A DNA stretch of 63,973 nt, the filler included, from Stramenopiles sp. TOSAG23-6 (Eukaryota): NCBI GenBank assembly GCA_900128565.1. It is 3 parts of 3 records of this genome, joined end to end, with 100 filler letters (N's around TTAATTAATTAA, not from the genome) between each part and the next. Parts side by side here need not be neighbours in the genome. Positions count along the whole stretch, not along the records: positions 23,141 to 45,882 come from LT636011.1; 2 more parts are not named here. One strand, written 5' to 3'. This document shows, one piece after another, positions 32,341-43,100 of this stretch. Position 1 is the stretch's first letter. Every line of letters starts with the position of its first letter. The translations under genes and the position numbers were made by a program. The notes under the pieces are model-generated. The model was not told where the DNA came from. It made no database searches and saw nothing but the letters and a program-made list of their open reading frames with translations.

Positions 32341-33033
32341 ATGAGTACTCAGTCTTATTCCCGGACAAAGAGTGGAACCCTACGGTTCAAGGGTGAAAGT
32401 GGTGATGGTTCAGTTGCTGCGTTACGTCGGAAAGAAAAGGAAAAGAAGAAACGAAAAAAAGACAAGAAAAGAGAGAAAAAGAAGAGAAAACGTGAATCTC
32501 TGAATGGCAGTGGAGAAAATGTATCATCTTCCTATGTAGCCACTAAGAAACTAGGTACAGGTCGTTTTATTACAAGTGGCACATCTGTCATGGGTCAAAA
32601 TGGGACTCTTTTTCAGAGGGAGTTAGCTGCCGGTGACTGCATTATGATCACACACCCTTCAAGTTTAGTGGAAGAAACACGTGTTGTAACAATGGTTGTA
32701 AGTGATGTTTCGCTTGGAATAAGTTCTCCATTTAGTACTGACTTAATTTCAGCAACGCAGTTTCACTATTTAAAAGCTCCACCTCGGAAACGTCAGAAGG
32801 AAGAAGAGACAAAAAAGCTTCGAAAATCTAAAAATAATGCCGAAACAGCTCAATTCGGCACATACGCAGGTAATTCGGGCCAAACGTTTACTTATCGTGA
32901 AAGAAAAGGTGGTTCAAATGCATCAGGAGGCTATAGAATTGTCACTGTGTCTTTGGATAATTCAACAAAATCCAGAGAGCAGCTTCTTAATATGCGAAGT
33001 AAGAAAAAAAGCGACCGACATTGCAGCGTCTAG
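32341..33033 (+). CDS. Hypothetical Lys-rich nuclear protein (230 aa)
   Basis: Clean ATG-TAG ORF with an NLS-like KKKRKKDKKREKKKRKR, globular core GTGRFITSGTSV..ETRVV and C-terminal SREQLL.MR.KKKSDRHC. Confidence 0.75.
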   Translation: MSTQSYSRTKSGTLRFKGESGDGSVAALRRKEKEKKKRKKDKKREKKKRKRESLNGSGENVSSSYVATKKLGTGRFITSGTSVMGQNGTLFQRELAAGDCIMITHPSSLVEETRVVTMVVSDVSLGISSPFSTDLISATQFHYLKAPPRKRQKEEETKKLRKSKNNAETAQFGTYAGNSGQTFTYRERKGGSNASGGYRIVTVSLDNSTKSREQLLNMRSKKKSDRHCSV

Positions 33034-33229
33034 TGCAATACTCTAAATTTAATAGAAAGAAATTATCAATATAGAAGCCAATTAATAAAATATCGATTAT
33101 ATTCAGCTTTTGTTTTCACTTTTTATCTCTCCTTCGTATACAATGTCAAGTGCTTCCATAAGAAATAAAAAGAAACAAATAAATTATTTCAATAATCTAT
33201 TAAAAAAAAGAGAAAAAGGTATCCCTATT

Positions 33230-36200
33230 TTATAAGTCTTCGGTATAAGGTATATATATTCTTTCTTTTTCTTCTGGGACTAAAATGACATAGATAGTAA
33301 ACCACATAACAAATATTATCAAAAATACAATAATCATAAAATATTTCATACGGCGTTGAAACACTTCAGCTGCTTTCTTTGCTTTAATAGCTTTACTAGC
33401 TGATAACCTGGCTTTTGTAGCCGGAAGCGATACATGTTTTCTAGGACCAAGACTTAATTGATGTATAGTGTTACTAATCAGTGTATTTTTTTTTAGTGTT
33501 GAAAAACTCACGATTGGGCTTTGACCACTCATTCCAACATTACTCTGAGCCTGTAGGCGAAATTTGTACGATTTGCCTGGTAATAAACCTACAACTTCAT
33601 ACTCCAAATTTTTACCAGTGTATATAGTATGATATTCATTTCCATAGCTATCATTCATCAATAAACTATATGCTTCTACTTTATGACCACGCCCGTCAGT
33701 TGGTGCCCATGGATTATGAAAAAATATTTCAAAAAAAATCGTTAGGTACAAAATTTCGTACGAAAATACATTCAAAATTGAAATGAAAACGTACACTCTA
33801 ACAAAAATGATGTAGTTGTCCTAGTATGAACATCAATTACTGGTGGTAATGGAGGTAAAGGAGGTCTTTCGCGTTCGACTGTAGTTCTTGCAACAACCCA
33901 TTCGCTACACTTACCAGGTCCAATACTATTGATACCACGAACACGAAAACGAAACACAGAATCTGGAAATAATTTCGATATTATAACTTTACGTTTTGAA
34001 AAACTGACAGAACGCGGTGTATTTTCATGTCCTTCTCTAAATATCTCATATCCTAATATAGTAGATCCATTACAATCAGGACAATCCCATTGTATAACAG
34101 CAGATGAGTCAGTTGTAGAAACAACTGTTACATTCGCAACTATGGATGGTGCCAAAGAACACGTTTTAAATTCTAAATTGCAGCTAGATTCTGATAGTCC
34201 AATAGCATTCTCTGCTTTTACATTTACTCGGTACGTCGTACCAAGGGCAAGATCATCAAGATAAAGTACACCAGAAGAAACATCTACATAATGTACCAAC
34301 ATGTTGTTATTTGGTAATATATCATTTGAATTGTTTTTCTTATTTTCCATTGCTGTATCTGCAAGTGACGTAAACGTCTTAAACTGAAACACAGCACTAC
34401 CGTGATGATGATGAGGTAGATTAAGGCGAATTCGAGCAGTAGTGGCTCGAACATCAAGTAACTTTGGTTGTGGAGGAATAGAAGGTCTACCAGCTAATGT
34501 CGTATACCCTACAATCAGACTACACGGACTCCATCCAATTTCGTTTCCCATTTGCAAGAAATACCGAGATGATCTTCCCATGATGAGATTGTTTACAACA
34601 CAATATGGTTCGACACCTTCATAAATTATAGTAAAAGAACTAAAACTTGTGTTTCCTAGATTTCGTGGTAATTGCGTTTTTTTTAACTTGTGGTTTTCAC
34701 TACATTTGGAGGCATCTTGACTATAATCAGACCAAAGGCGCCATCTACAGATACGACTTCCGCCTTTGTAATCATGACAAAATTTTTCTGATGAGGCAAA
34801 AGTAAAATTCATTGATGTTTTACATCGCTTACTCACGCATGGGACGTAAGGTTCTTGGGGTGCAACTACAAGTGTTGATGATGTGATAATGGGTGAAGCT
34901 TCGCCAAGACCTTTTGCATTTTGTGCATACACACGGAATTCATAAGAATGACCCGGTAGTAAATCATTAATACTTGTACCACAAATGTTTGCATTTTTTT
35001 CTTTACACCATGGAATAATCGCATTATTCCAATCCATAATATCTGATTCATTACAAGAAACAACATCTGATTTATCAAGAGAAATGTTATCTCTGTCTTC
35101 TATATAAGAATAATCAAATGTTGCGCGTGGGTGAAAATATATAGCATCCGTATTAACTTCAAAACTCACCTCATTGCTATCGTACCGTACACCATATCCT
35201 ATTGAAGTATAGTAATCAATAATTACATTCTTATTTTCCACAGAGCATGCACTGCCGATAGGTAAACGAGGGCGTATTTCTGTAATGGGTAAAACCAAAG
35301 TTTGATTAAATTGTGATAAAATAATTTTCACAGATGTGCATTCCTTTGGAAATGTTTGCTTCGCTACAACACCAACATACCAGTCCACAAGTTCCATCTT
35401 TTGATTGCTTCTATTCAAAATCTTTCTCGCTACATCGGCATTGACTTCACATTCAACACCACAGCATAGTAACTGTCCTAGCTCTCTGATACCATTTTGT
35501 TTGATATCACGACACTGATTTACAAGCGCATCTCCATCCCACATAGCTGGAGGTAGATGTCTATACTCTAGTATAAAGTTAGATAGTGCACATCCTCCAT
35601 TATTACATTGTGTTGACCATTGTAGATGTAATGCTTTAGTGTCACTCTTTACGACATATGGCTTTTCAAGTAATTGACCAGGAGAAACACCATGAGTTGT
35701 CAATACATTCCCTATACTCCATGGGCTCGAACCTGCATCGTTAAAAATACGAATTCTATATTCATATGAAATACCAGGTGATAGGTTTGTATGATTATGT
35801 CTCATTGAATTACCCAAGTATATTGTTTCATATTTGCTAATGGCTGCCAAGAGACATGTAGAAGAATTTGTATGCTCCGCTTGTACACGACATAGTCGCA
35901 TCTGTACTTCATATTTAGAGGCTTCCTCTTTATCATGCAGTTTCCACTGTAATCGTATAAATGTCGATCCTATAGGATTATTTGCTTTTGTGTCGATAAC
36001 AGGTGGTTTCATAGCTTGTGGTAAAGATGCCGATGTTCTGACAGATACAACATTAGACCAATGCGACTTTCCAATACTATTTTCACANCAAACACGGAAC
36101 CAATACAAATGCCTTGGTAAGAGACGCTTCACTTCGTATTGACATACGAGTTTATTACACACTGTGATAAATATACCTGAGGAAATTTCACTAGTCTTGC

Positions 36201-37623
36201 CATTATCTATTTGCAGAATATATGAAGTTACTTCATTTCCACCATCATCTTCTGGCTTATCCCACGTAATCAAAATACTTTGAGGCGATGTTACAAAACA
36301 TTGCAGTGTGGTTGGTGGAGACTGAGGTTTCCGTGCAAGTGTTTTAATTTCAATTCTATCTGACCATTCACTAGAACCTTTGCTATTGATAGCACAAACA
36401 CGAAATGTGTATGATGTACCAGCCTTAAGCTTGGTGATATTACAATGCGTTTGAGATCCGTTATAAACATCATTCCATACTTCATCTGATACATTTTGTA
36501 CCATATTTAGATTTTTTGAATTGTGTAAAATATTACTGGAAATATGCATTTGCACTCTATAAGCAAAGATAGCTGCACCATTATCTGAATCCGGAGGACG
36601 CCATTTTAGCTTGGTAGACGTTGATTTTCGACTGGCTCGTTGAGGTGGATGAGGCTTCCCAGGGGATCTAGCTGGGATAGCAACTGTCAATATGTCAGAG
36701 CAACGATACGGTAGAGCATTTTGTTGTTCAATGACTGTCTCTTCTTCTATATTTTTCTTATCTACGGCGGCTCTATAATTTATACGATTTTCAAGATACT
36801 TCATACGCATCCATTTGCTTAGACCAGAAGCCCCCATTTCTTCCTGAGGCCGGGGCAGTAATACACTTCTTCCATCTGGTAATTGACCCTTGTACGTTGA
36901 AGGAGAAGCTTGACGAAGGGATACTTGAAATTTACTTCCTGGACTTACACCATCTGTAAGCTTTATACGAACTTTTTCTTTTATCGATGGTATATCTATA
37001 TTCGCAAATCCACCAGGGTCAATACCACTTGGGGGGGCAATCAAATTTAATGTGATATTTCGAAATGAAGACTCTTTATTTTGTAATAAAGGGTCAGCTT
37101 TTAAGGTAGATAGCTCAATCAAGTCTTTATCTGAGATTTGTTTCTCTTGAACGTTTGCGTTTTGTTCCTCCAATGATACCGTTCGCTTGGGGGGAGCTGG
37201 CGGGTATGCAATGACACAAAATTGATAAGTTTTACCATATGAAAGACCACCCGCTGAAATGTTTAAAGGAGTAGAATTTTCATTAAACGAATTTAAATAT
37301 TCGGCTGTTGGTTCTCCCTGTATTGACCAAGAAAGTTCTGGTACTGCTGATTTTATTCCTTTACAATCAAGACTTTTTTCTTCACATAGATCCAACTTCT
37401 TATTTTCCTGCTTTGTGTTACATTTTTGTTTTGATGTTTTATCCTCGGAACAATTCCTCATTATTGTGTATTTATAGCCCTTTGAGTGTCTAAGTATATC
37501 GAAATAAAGGTCAACTGTCCCTACACCAATCTTTTTAAGCCTCAAAGAACCAGTAGGTTGAGCATCATCCACTAATATCTTGGATTTTACAGGAGGTAAA
37601 TCTGTTGTTGCTGTGCCAGCCAT
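33230..37623 (-). CDS. Multi-fibronectin type III domain protein with C-terminal transmembrane anchor (FNDC3-like architecture); exons 37623-33795, 33708-33230
   Basis: Repeated W..P..GG....Y and L.PG..Y.FRV.A.N..G.S.WS. Intron removal restores SFLLE|WAP. C-terminal YFMIIVFLIIFVMWFTIYVILV. Confidence 0.9.
33709..33794 (-). other. Non-canonical intron copy 12 (GT..CAT, 86 nt, phase 1)
   Basis: GAG T|GTACGTTTTCATTTCAATTTTG..TTTCGTACGAAATTTTGTACCTAAC..TTTTTTCATAATCCAT|GG GCA; restores the FN3 Trp. Confidence 0.9.
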
Positions 37624-37979
37624 GTTCTGTTTAATATTATCGTTATCCTGGTACGTACTAGATAGATGACCTCGTATTAAATACGTTGATGATAGATATG
37701 TACCGATACGTCGTAGGATTTCAGATTAGCTAGTAGTGGTATAACGAGTACCATTATACGTAAATGATCTCAAAAGGCCGAGGCGTCTTCGACTCTTGTC
37801 AAAAACGAAAGAAAGTTGGAGTGGTCAAAATCAAAAATGGCGCAGCTGCTCAGCAGCTGCTTTGTTTGCACAGCGTCGAGTTCTACAGTTACTCAAGACT
37901 TAGGTAACCTTAACTATAATATTAAACAATACTCTCCTACTAGCCGACAACGAGCAATCTCCTTTTGTAATTCTACATT

Positions 37980-38699
37980 ATGTCTGACTCTGAAAGCATT
38001 GATGACACTGGTGGATCTCTAAACGATGAAGTTCGCGAAGCAGCATTAGAGCGTATTGGTGGACAATTGGAGGAATGTGGTTTCGAGAAACAAAATCTGG
38101 AAACTGGTAAAATTAGATATTCCAAATTACTCCCTATTCGCCAATTAGAACGCGTTTGTTTGTCAGAGGCAATACTTTTACAAGAACTAGAAGATGCTGG
38201 TGATAGCATTGTTGTTGTTTCATTTGTGGCTAGTTGGTGTGGTTCATGCGAATTTATTTATGGACCAAAGATAACCCGCACTGCTGAGAGATTTTCAAGA
38301 TCTAGTGATAAAGATATTACCTTTCTTAAAGTAGATGTAAATAGTAATAGTGGCGCGGCAGAAGCATTTGACATACGATTTACCCCAACGTTTATTTTTT
38401 TTCGCGAAGGAGATGAAATTGGGAGATTCTCCGGTCAAAGTCATCGACATTTTCAAGAAGCTCTCGAAGGAATTCTCGACGATGAAAATTGGGATGAAAA
38501 AGCAATGCCTAGAAGTCAAGATGTCCGTCCATTTTATCACCACCACTCAATAGACTGTGAGCTGCCGCCCATAGCTGCACATAAAGTAAATACAAAATAT
38601 ACAAATCCGCTATATCTTACAACAAATAGAGCCGGCTTTGGTGCAGCTGGAAATTATACTTTCAATAAGTCTTTCAGGCCTGACAGATTAATGAAGTAG
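37980..38699 (+). CDS. Thioredoxin-domain protein (WCGSC) with N- and C-terminal extensions
   Basis: VVVSFVASWCGSC..FLKVDV..A..FDIRFTPTFIFFREG.EIGRF.G. Confidence 0.85.
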   Translation: MSDSESIDDTGGSLNDEVREAALERIGGQLEECGFEKQNLETGKIRYSKLLPIRQLERVCLSEAILLQELEDAGDSIVVVSFVASWCGSCEFIYGPKITRTAERFSRSSDKDITFLKVDVNSNSGAAEAFDIRFTPTFIFFREGDEIGRFSGQSHRHFQEALEGILDDENWDEKAMPRSQDVRPFYHHHSIDCELPPIAAHKVNTKYTNPLYLTTNRAGFGAAGNYTFNKSFRPDRLMK

Positions 38700-38822
38700 T
38701 CATAAATATTTAATATAATAAACAATCTATTTACTTTAATAAACCAGTTACTTTGCTAAAATAATATTATTTCTGGGGTTTAGATTTGAGGTTTCGTGAA
38801 TAAAGCATCCACTTCCCCTTTG

Positions 38823-39530
38823 TTATTTGTGTCCATCGATGTCAGCAAATAATTGCTTTTCTATTGCATTTTTATGCTTTCTCACGTCTTCTACAACTAA
38901 TAACAATGTTTCCTTCTTGTTCACTTTATATGGATCAAGCAATAAACGCACAAGGTGAGGAATGACAGCATCGTCGTCGTTGTCTTGCCAGGGTGGAATA
39001 AGAAGCAAGTTTCTTTCTTCACCTGGTGCTCCTTTTTCTCTTGAATCATCAATTAAAAATACACGTCGAAGATCGAAATGTCCTCTTTCTACTAATGGTT
39101 TTATTGTGCCTGGACCACCATCCACAAGTTTGCAATGATCGCGGAATAATATTTTGTCAAATTCCATCGAGCATTGTTTTCGCAACATATTAACTACGTG
39201 TGTAACTGTTTTTTTCGAAGAAGAGGACCAAACACATAAAAAAAATCCTGCATTCTTTAACTTTTGAAGTTCACGGCATCCAGGGCGAAGACGCAGAATA
39301 CCTTTATATCTATTCTCGGTTAGCGAGCATAGAGATCCATTCAAGTCAAAGCATAACCATGTTGGCTTTGAAGGAGTGACTCGCGGTTTCTTGGGTGGGG
39401 AATCCTCGAGAAACGTAGTCTGACGTTTTCGAAGTTTCTTTGAGCTCTCAGATCCACATGTATCACTAGAAGAAGACACTTTGATTTCACGATCTACTGT
39501 TATCAGAGACTGTTCAGGAACATTTGACAT
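38823..39530 (-). CDS. NIF/FCP1-like (CTD small phosphatase-like) HAD-fold protein
   Basis: FDLNGSL, LRPG, VWSS, FRDHC, IKPL, LIDDS, IPPW..DDD. Confidence 0.8.
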   Translation of the reverse strand: MSNVPEQSLITVDREIKVSSSSDTCGSESSKKLRKRQTTFLEDSPPKKPRVTPSKPTWLCFDLNGSLCSLTENRYKGILRLRPGCRELQKLKNAGFFLCVWSSSSKKTVTHVVNMLRKQCSMEFDKILFRDHCKLVDGGPGTIKPLVERGHFDLRRVFLIDDSREKGAPGEERNLLLIPPWQDNDDDAVIPHLVRLLLDPYKVNKKETLLLVVEDVRKHKNAIEKQLFADIDGHK

Positions 39531-40179
39531 GAATCTTGATGGTATAGAAACAATGGTAAAATAACTTTACAGTTCTTTTATAGTTTTCTGGTGTTAAACA
39601 ATACCAATACTGGAATTCATGCAGATAGGAATATCCTATATGGTTACACTGACACAAAACAACAGAAATGGACTATACGTTGAAAATTATTGCATACTTT
39701 ATTTTTGGATTATACCTTAGTACCAGCTTTGAGACTTGAGTTTTTTTGCGAAACTTATGAAGGGGTGTAATAATTATCGCTTAAGATTTGATTGTATACC
39801 GAGTATAAACTCAATAGAAAACGTACTCACTTGAGGAGCATTTTCTCGGGAAAATTTAATGAAATCATTACCAAAAAATACAACGAAAAATATTTATCTC
39901 ATTAAATATTCCAAAGAAATACGATGAAAAGGGTTGGATTTTCTTTTTTATTTTGTTTTTTATCATTTTTAAGAGAATCCACTTAATATATTATTTAATT
40001 TCACAAAACTATACAACCCCTACATATTTTTCAGGTGGACTATAAGATGGTAATCTTCAATCCTGCCTTTTACTAAAATCTTCTTTTACTGGTACCATTT
40101 TTTCCAGATTTCCACTGATTCTTCTTTTCTTGGCAGCTATTTTTGGTATTTAAAACTTCAATTTTTTCAACTATCCTTC

Positions 40180-43100
40180 TCATAGCCACTCACCTGCAGC
40201 AAATTCTTCGTTGTCTGATGATGAAGATGAATCATCAATAGTATCTTCTATTGCGTTTACTTCATCGATTTGATTCACGCCGCTTGTCGGTGGTAGATCC
40301 GGTAAAGAAATTTCATTTTCGGTAGTGTTGTCTCGTTTCTTTCGGCGCTTTCTTCGACGATGAGATTTTGCTTGAGCTTCATCCTTAGCATTGCGAGTGT
40401 TCTCTTCGTGTGCTTGAAATTCCCCTANTGCNTCATTATGAAGAGTATCTGTANCATGTGTGGCCTGAGCTTGCTCCATGGCTTGCTCTCTACTTGCATG
40501 GTCCTTTAGTGCATCGCTTGCAAATGCATTTTCAGTTTGTTGTCTCTTCTTTTTGAGTTCTTCCCGTTGTTTTCTTTTCAATGCCTTTGCATCGTNATCA
40601 ACTGCACTCTTGCTTGTTTCGTTCATTGGAAACACTTTCTTGTTAGTTTTAGGATGAGAACCCATTGAAAACGCAGCTGGCATTACAGCCAAAGCTTTCG
40701 NATGAAGCTGAAAATCGAGTAACTCGTCATGGTGTTTATTAGATGGCTTTAAGAATTCTCGAACACGAGCTTTAATTGGTGGAATCATGAAGAAAAGAAC
40801 AATACCACCGTATGCAAAGCCAATAAGGTGTGCAGNCAGTAAAACANTTCCCAAATCNTCTGAAGNACTTTCTATGAGACCCCCCGATATCAAAATGTTC
40901 AAATAGAACGTGAAGAATGTTAGTGNCAATAANAGGANTTGGAGCGAATAATCTCCANCGCGTTTAAATGGATTAATANTTGCGCANANAATTACGAANG
41001 TCGCNGAAATTGCAACAGCCGCAGCATTTCGCTTTATGCCGACGGGAAATATTGTCAATAAACCAGTCATTGAAGCTTTACGGAACATCTCCACAAACTC
41101 AAACCACCAAACGTAGTGCTTATAATTAAGAAAGAGGGAACCGAATTNGTCTGTGTATCTCCTGTGGGTAGCTCTCATTTCATCACTATGCAGAAGNGCA
41201 TTATACATTCCATCATCCATGTCCTCTTCTGCAACAAGCCAATGTCGTACTCTATAAAGCAAAAAGAATCCAATTACTGGAATTCCTATCACATATGCGC
41301 ATATACATAATATTGCCACTGTTTGCATCATTTCATAATCTGAGCCTGCGCACTCAATGCTAATGTCAGCATAAAGATATCGCCTATCGTTAACTTGAAA
41401 GCAACTCAAAGCTCGGAAACACTTTACAGATAAGCCAGGGTACATTACGAATAAGATAGTACTCATTAAACGAGACGCATTCATTTGGGCGCTCTGTCGC
41501 GAAAACTTNGCTTTCTTGCCACACAGGCCTTTTAAGAGCATCGCCGTGACCAGTGCAAGAATAACCATTGCTATTAAAATGGGTAGTAAAGTCATGTGCC
41601 CGTAAAACTTATCGGAAAAGTCCGAAGAAAATTCACAGGGGTTAAGGATGGTAAATAACTTGGTATAATCCAAATTGATAANACTCAAACTTTCAGTAAA
41701 TTCTTCAAACTTCTTTGGTTGGGGCTCGCCCGAAGTGTGTTTCAATTGTGATGTTACCTGAANGAAACTGATAATTAGTTTCAAAGTAGCTTGCATCTCA
41801 GCAATATCCTGTGCCTTNTTCTCTTCTTTTATTGTTTTTAATTTGCCACCCTTCTTCTGTTTGCCGTGAAGACGACGTCGATTTTTCCTCTTCATTTTTT
41901 CTTCGTGTGTTAAAGCTCTATGAGCCTTACTCATTTGTTTNTGAAGACTTCTAATCGCCTTCTTATGTCCTCCNTTATTTGAAGTTAATTCCGTGATTCT
42001 CTGATTAAATGAACTATGCTTCTTTGNAATTGCAAGTCGTTTTTGATTAGCTTGCAAATCTTTTAGACCCAACTTTCCTTGTGGTGTAACTTTAGCTGCT
42101 CCAATNCCAGGTTTCCCAAATAACATAGCAGCACCCATTGCGGNGTTTAATTTGGCTACCTTTTGAAGCCGTTTCTTAACAGCTCGTCNCTTTTTTGCTC
42201 GTTCATCATTGTATATTTTTGGATCTGCTTTTGAAACCATTGTGACAACAAGAAGAATGTATGTCAATGCAGCCATTATCAAAGATAATGTAACTTGTCC
42301 CGATCCAGATCCCTGGGTAGTAGTACAGTCGATACAAAATGTAGCATCACCGGGTATCCACTCACTTAATGGAGGGCAGCCAACACGCCATTTTTCTGTA
42401 CATTTATATTCACAATTTTCTTCTTTATCATCGCTAGTACACCTAACCAAACACAACTCGTATTTCTTTTGTGAACAACAATTACTACAAAGTTGACCGG
42501 TGTGGCCTTCACGGCAGTTACGACCAGATAAGCTTGGAAATGGTCTATCAACACCTCCTAGGCAGATATCTTTCGCAAGGTACTTTGGTGTCACATAGAA
42601 TTCACAATCAAATGGGGCAAATGCGCTCGGGTTTTCCAAGAAGAATTCTCTCTCCTGCCAAAATCCAGGCTTTAATTCCACTTCCCTAGTGACATCTTCT
42701 GTAAACAAAGCCAACCCATTGGTACAATGGTTTTTTGCTGTTGTGTTGCTGCATGATGTTACAGTTTCTATTGCATCATCACAGGTACACTTTGTTCCTG
42801 CTGGACACTTGACACATTGAATAGCAAATGTTTCCATATCGCTCAAAAGTTCGACTCTNAGTTTCGAAGTGGAATTGATTTGGTGGGAGACAGAATACTT
42901 AGCAAGAAGATTTTTCTCCAAATAAACCAGGTCGTCGGAATTTGTTGCCGTTGTATTGTTTGCTGTCGAAGATGAATCTTCACAGGATGANAAATTGGCA
43001 GTATTTGTAGCAGTATCGTCAGCACTTGGTTGTACCAAATGTCCAAAGTAACTAGCAGGGCACTCACATCGACTGTGACTATTATCCGCCAGTGCTAAGC

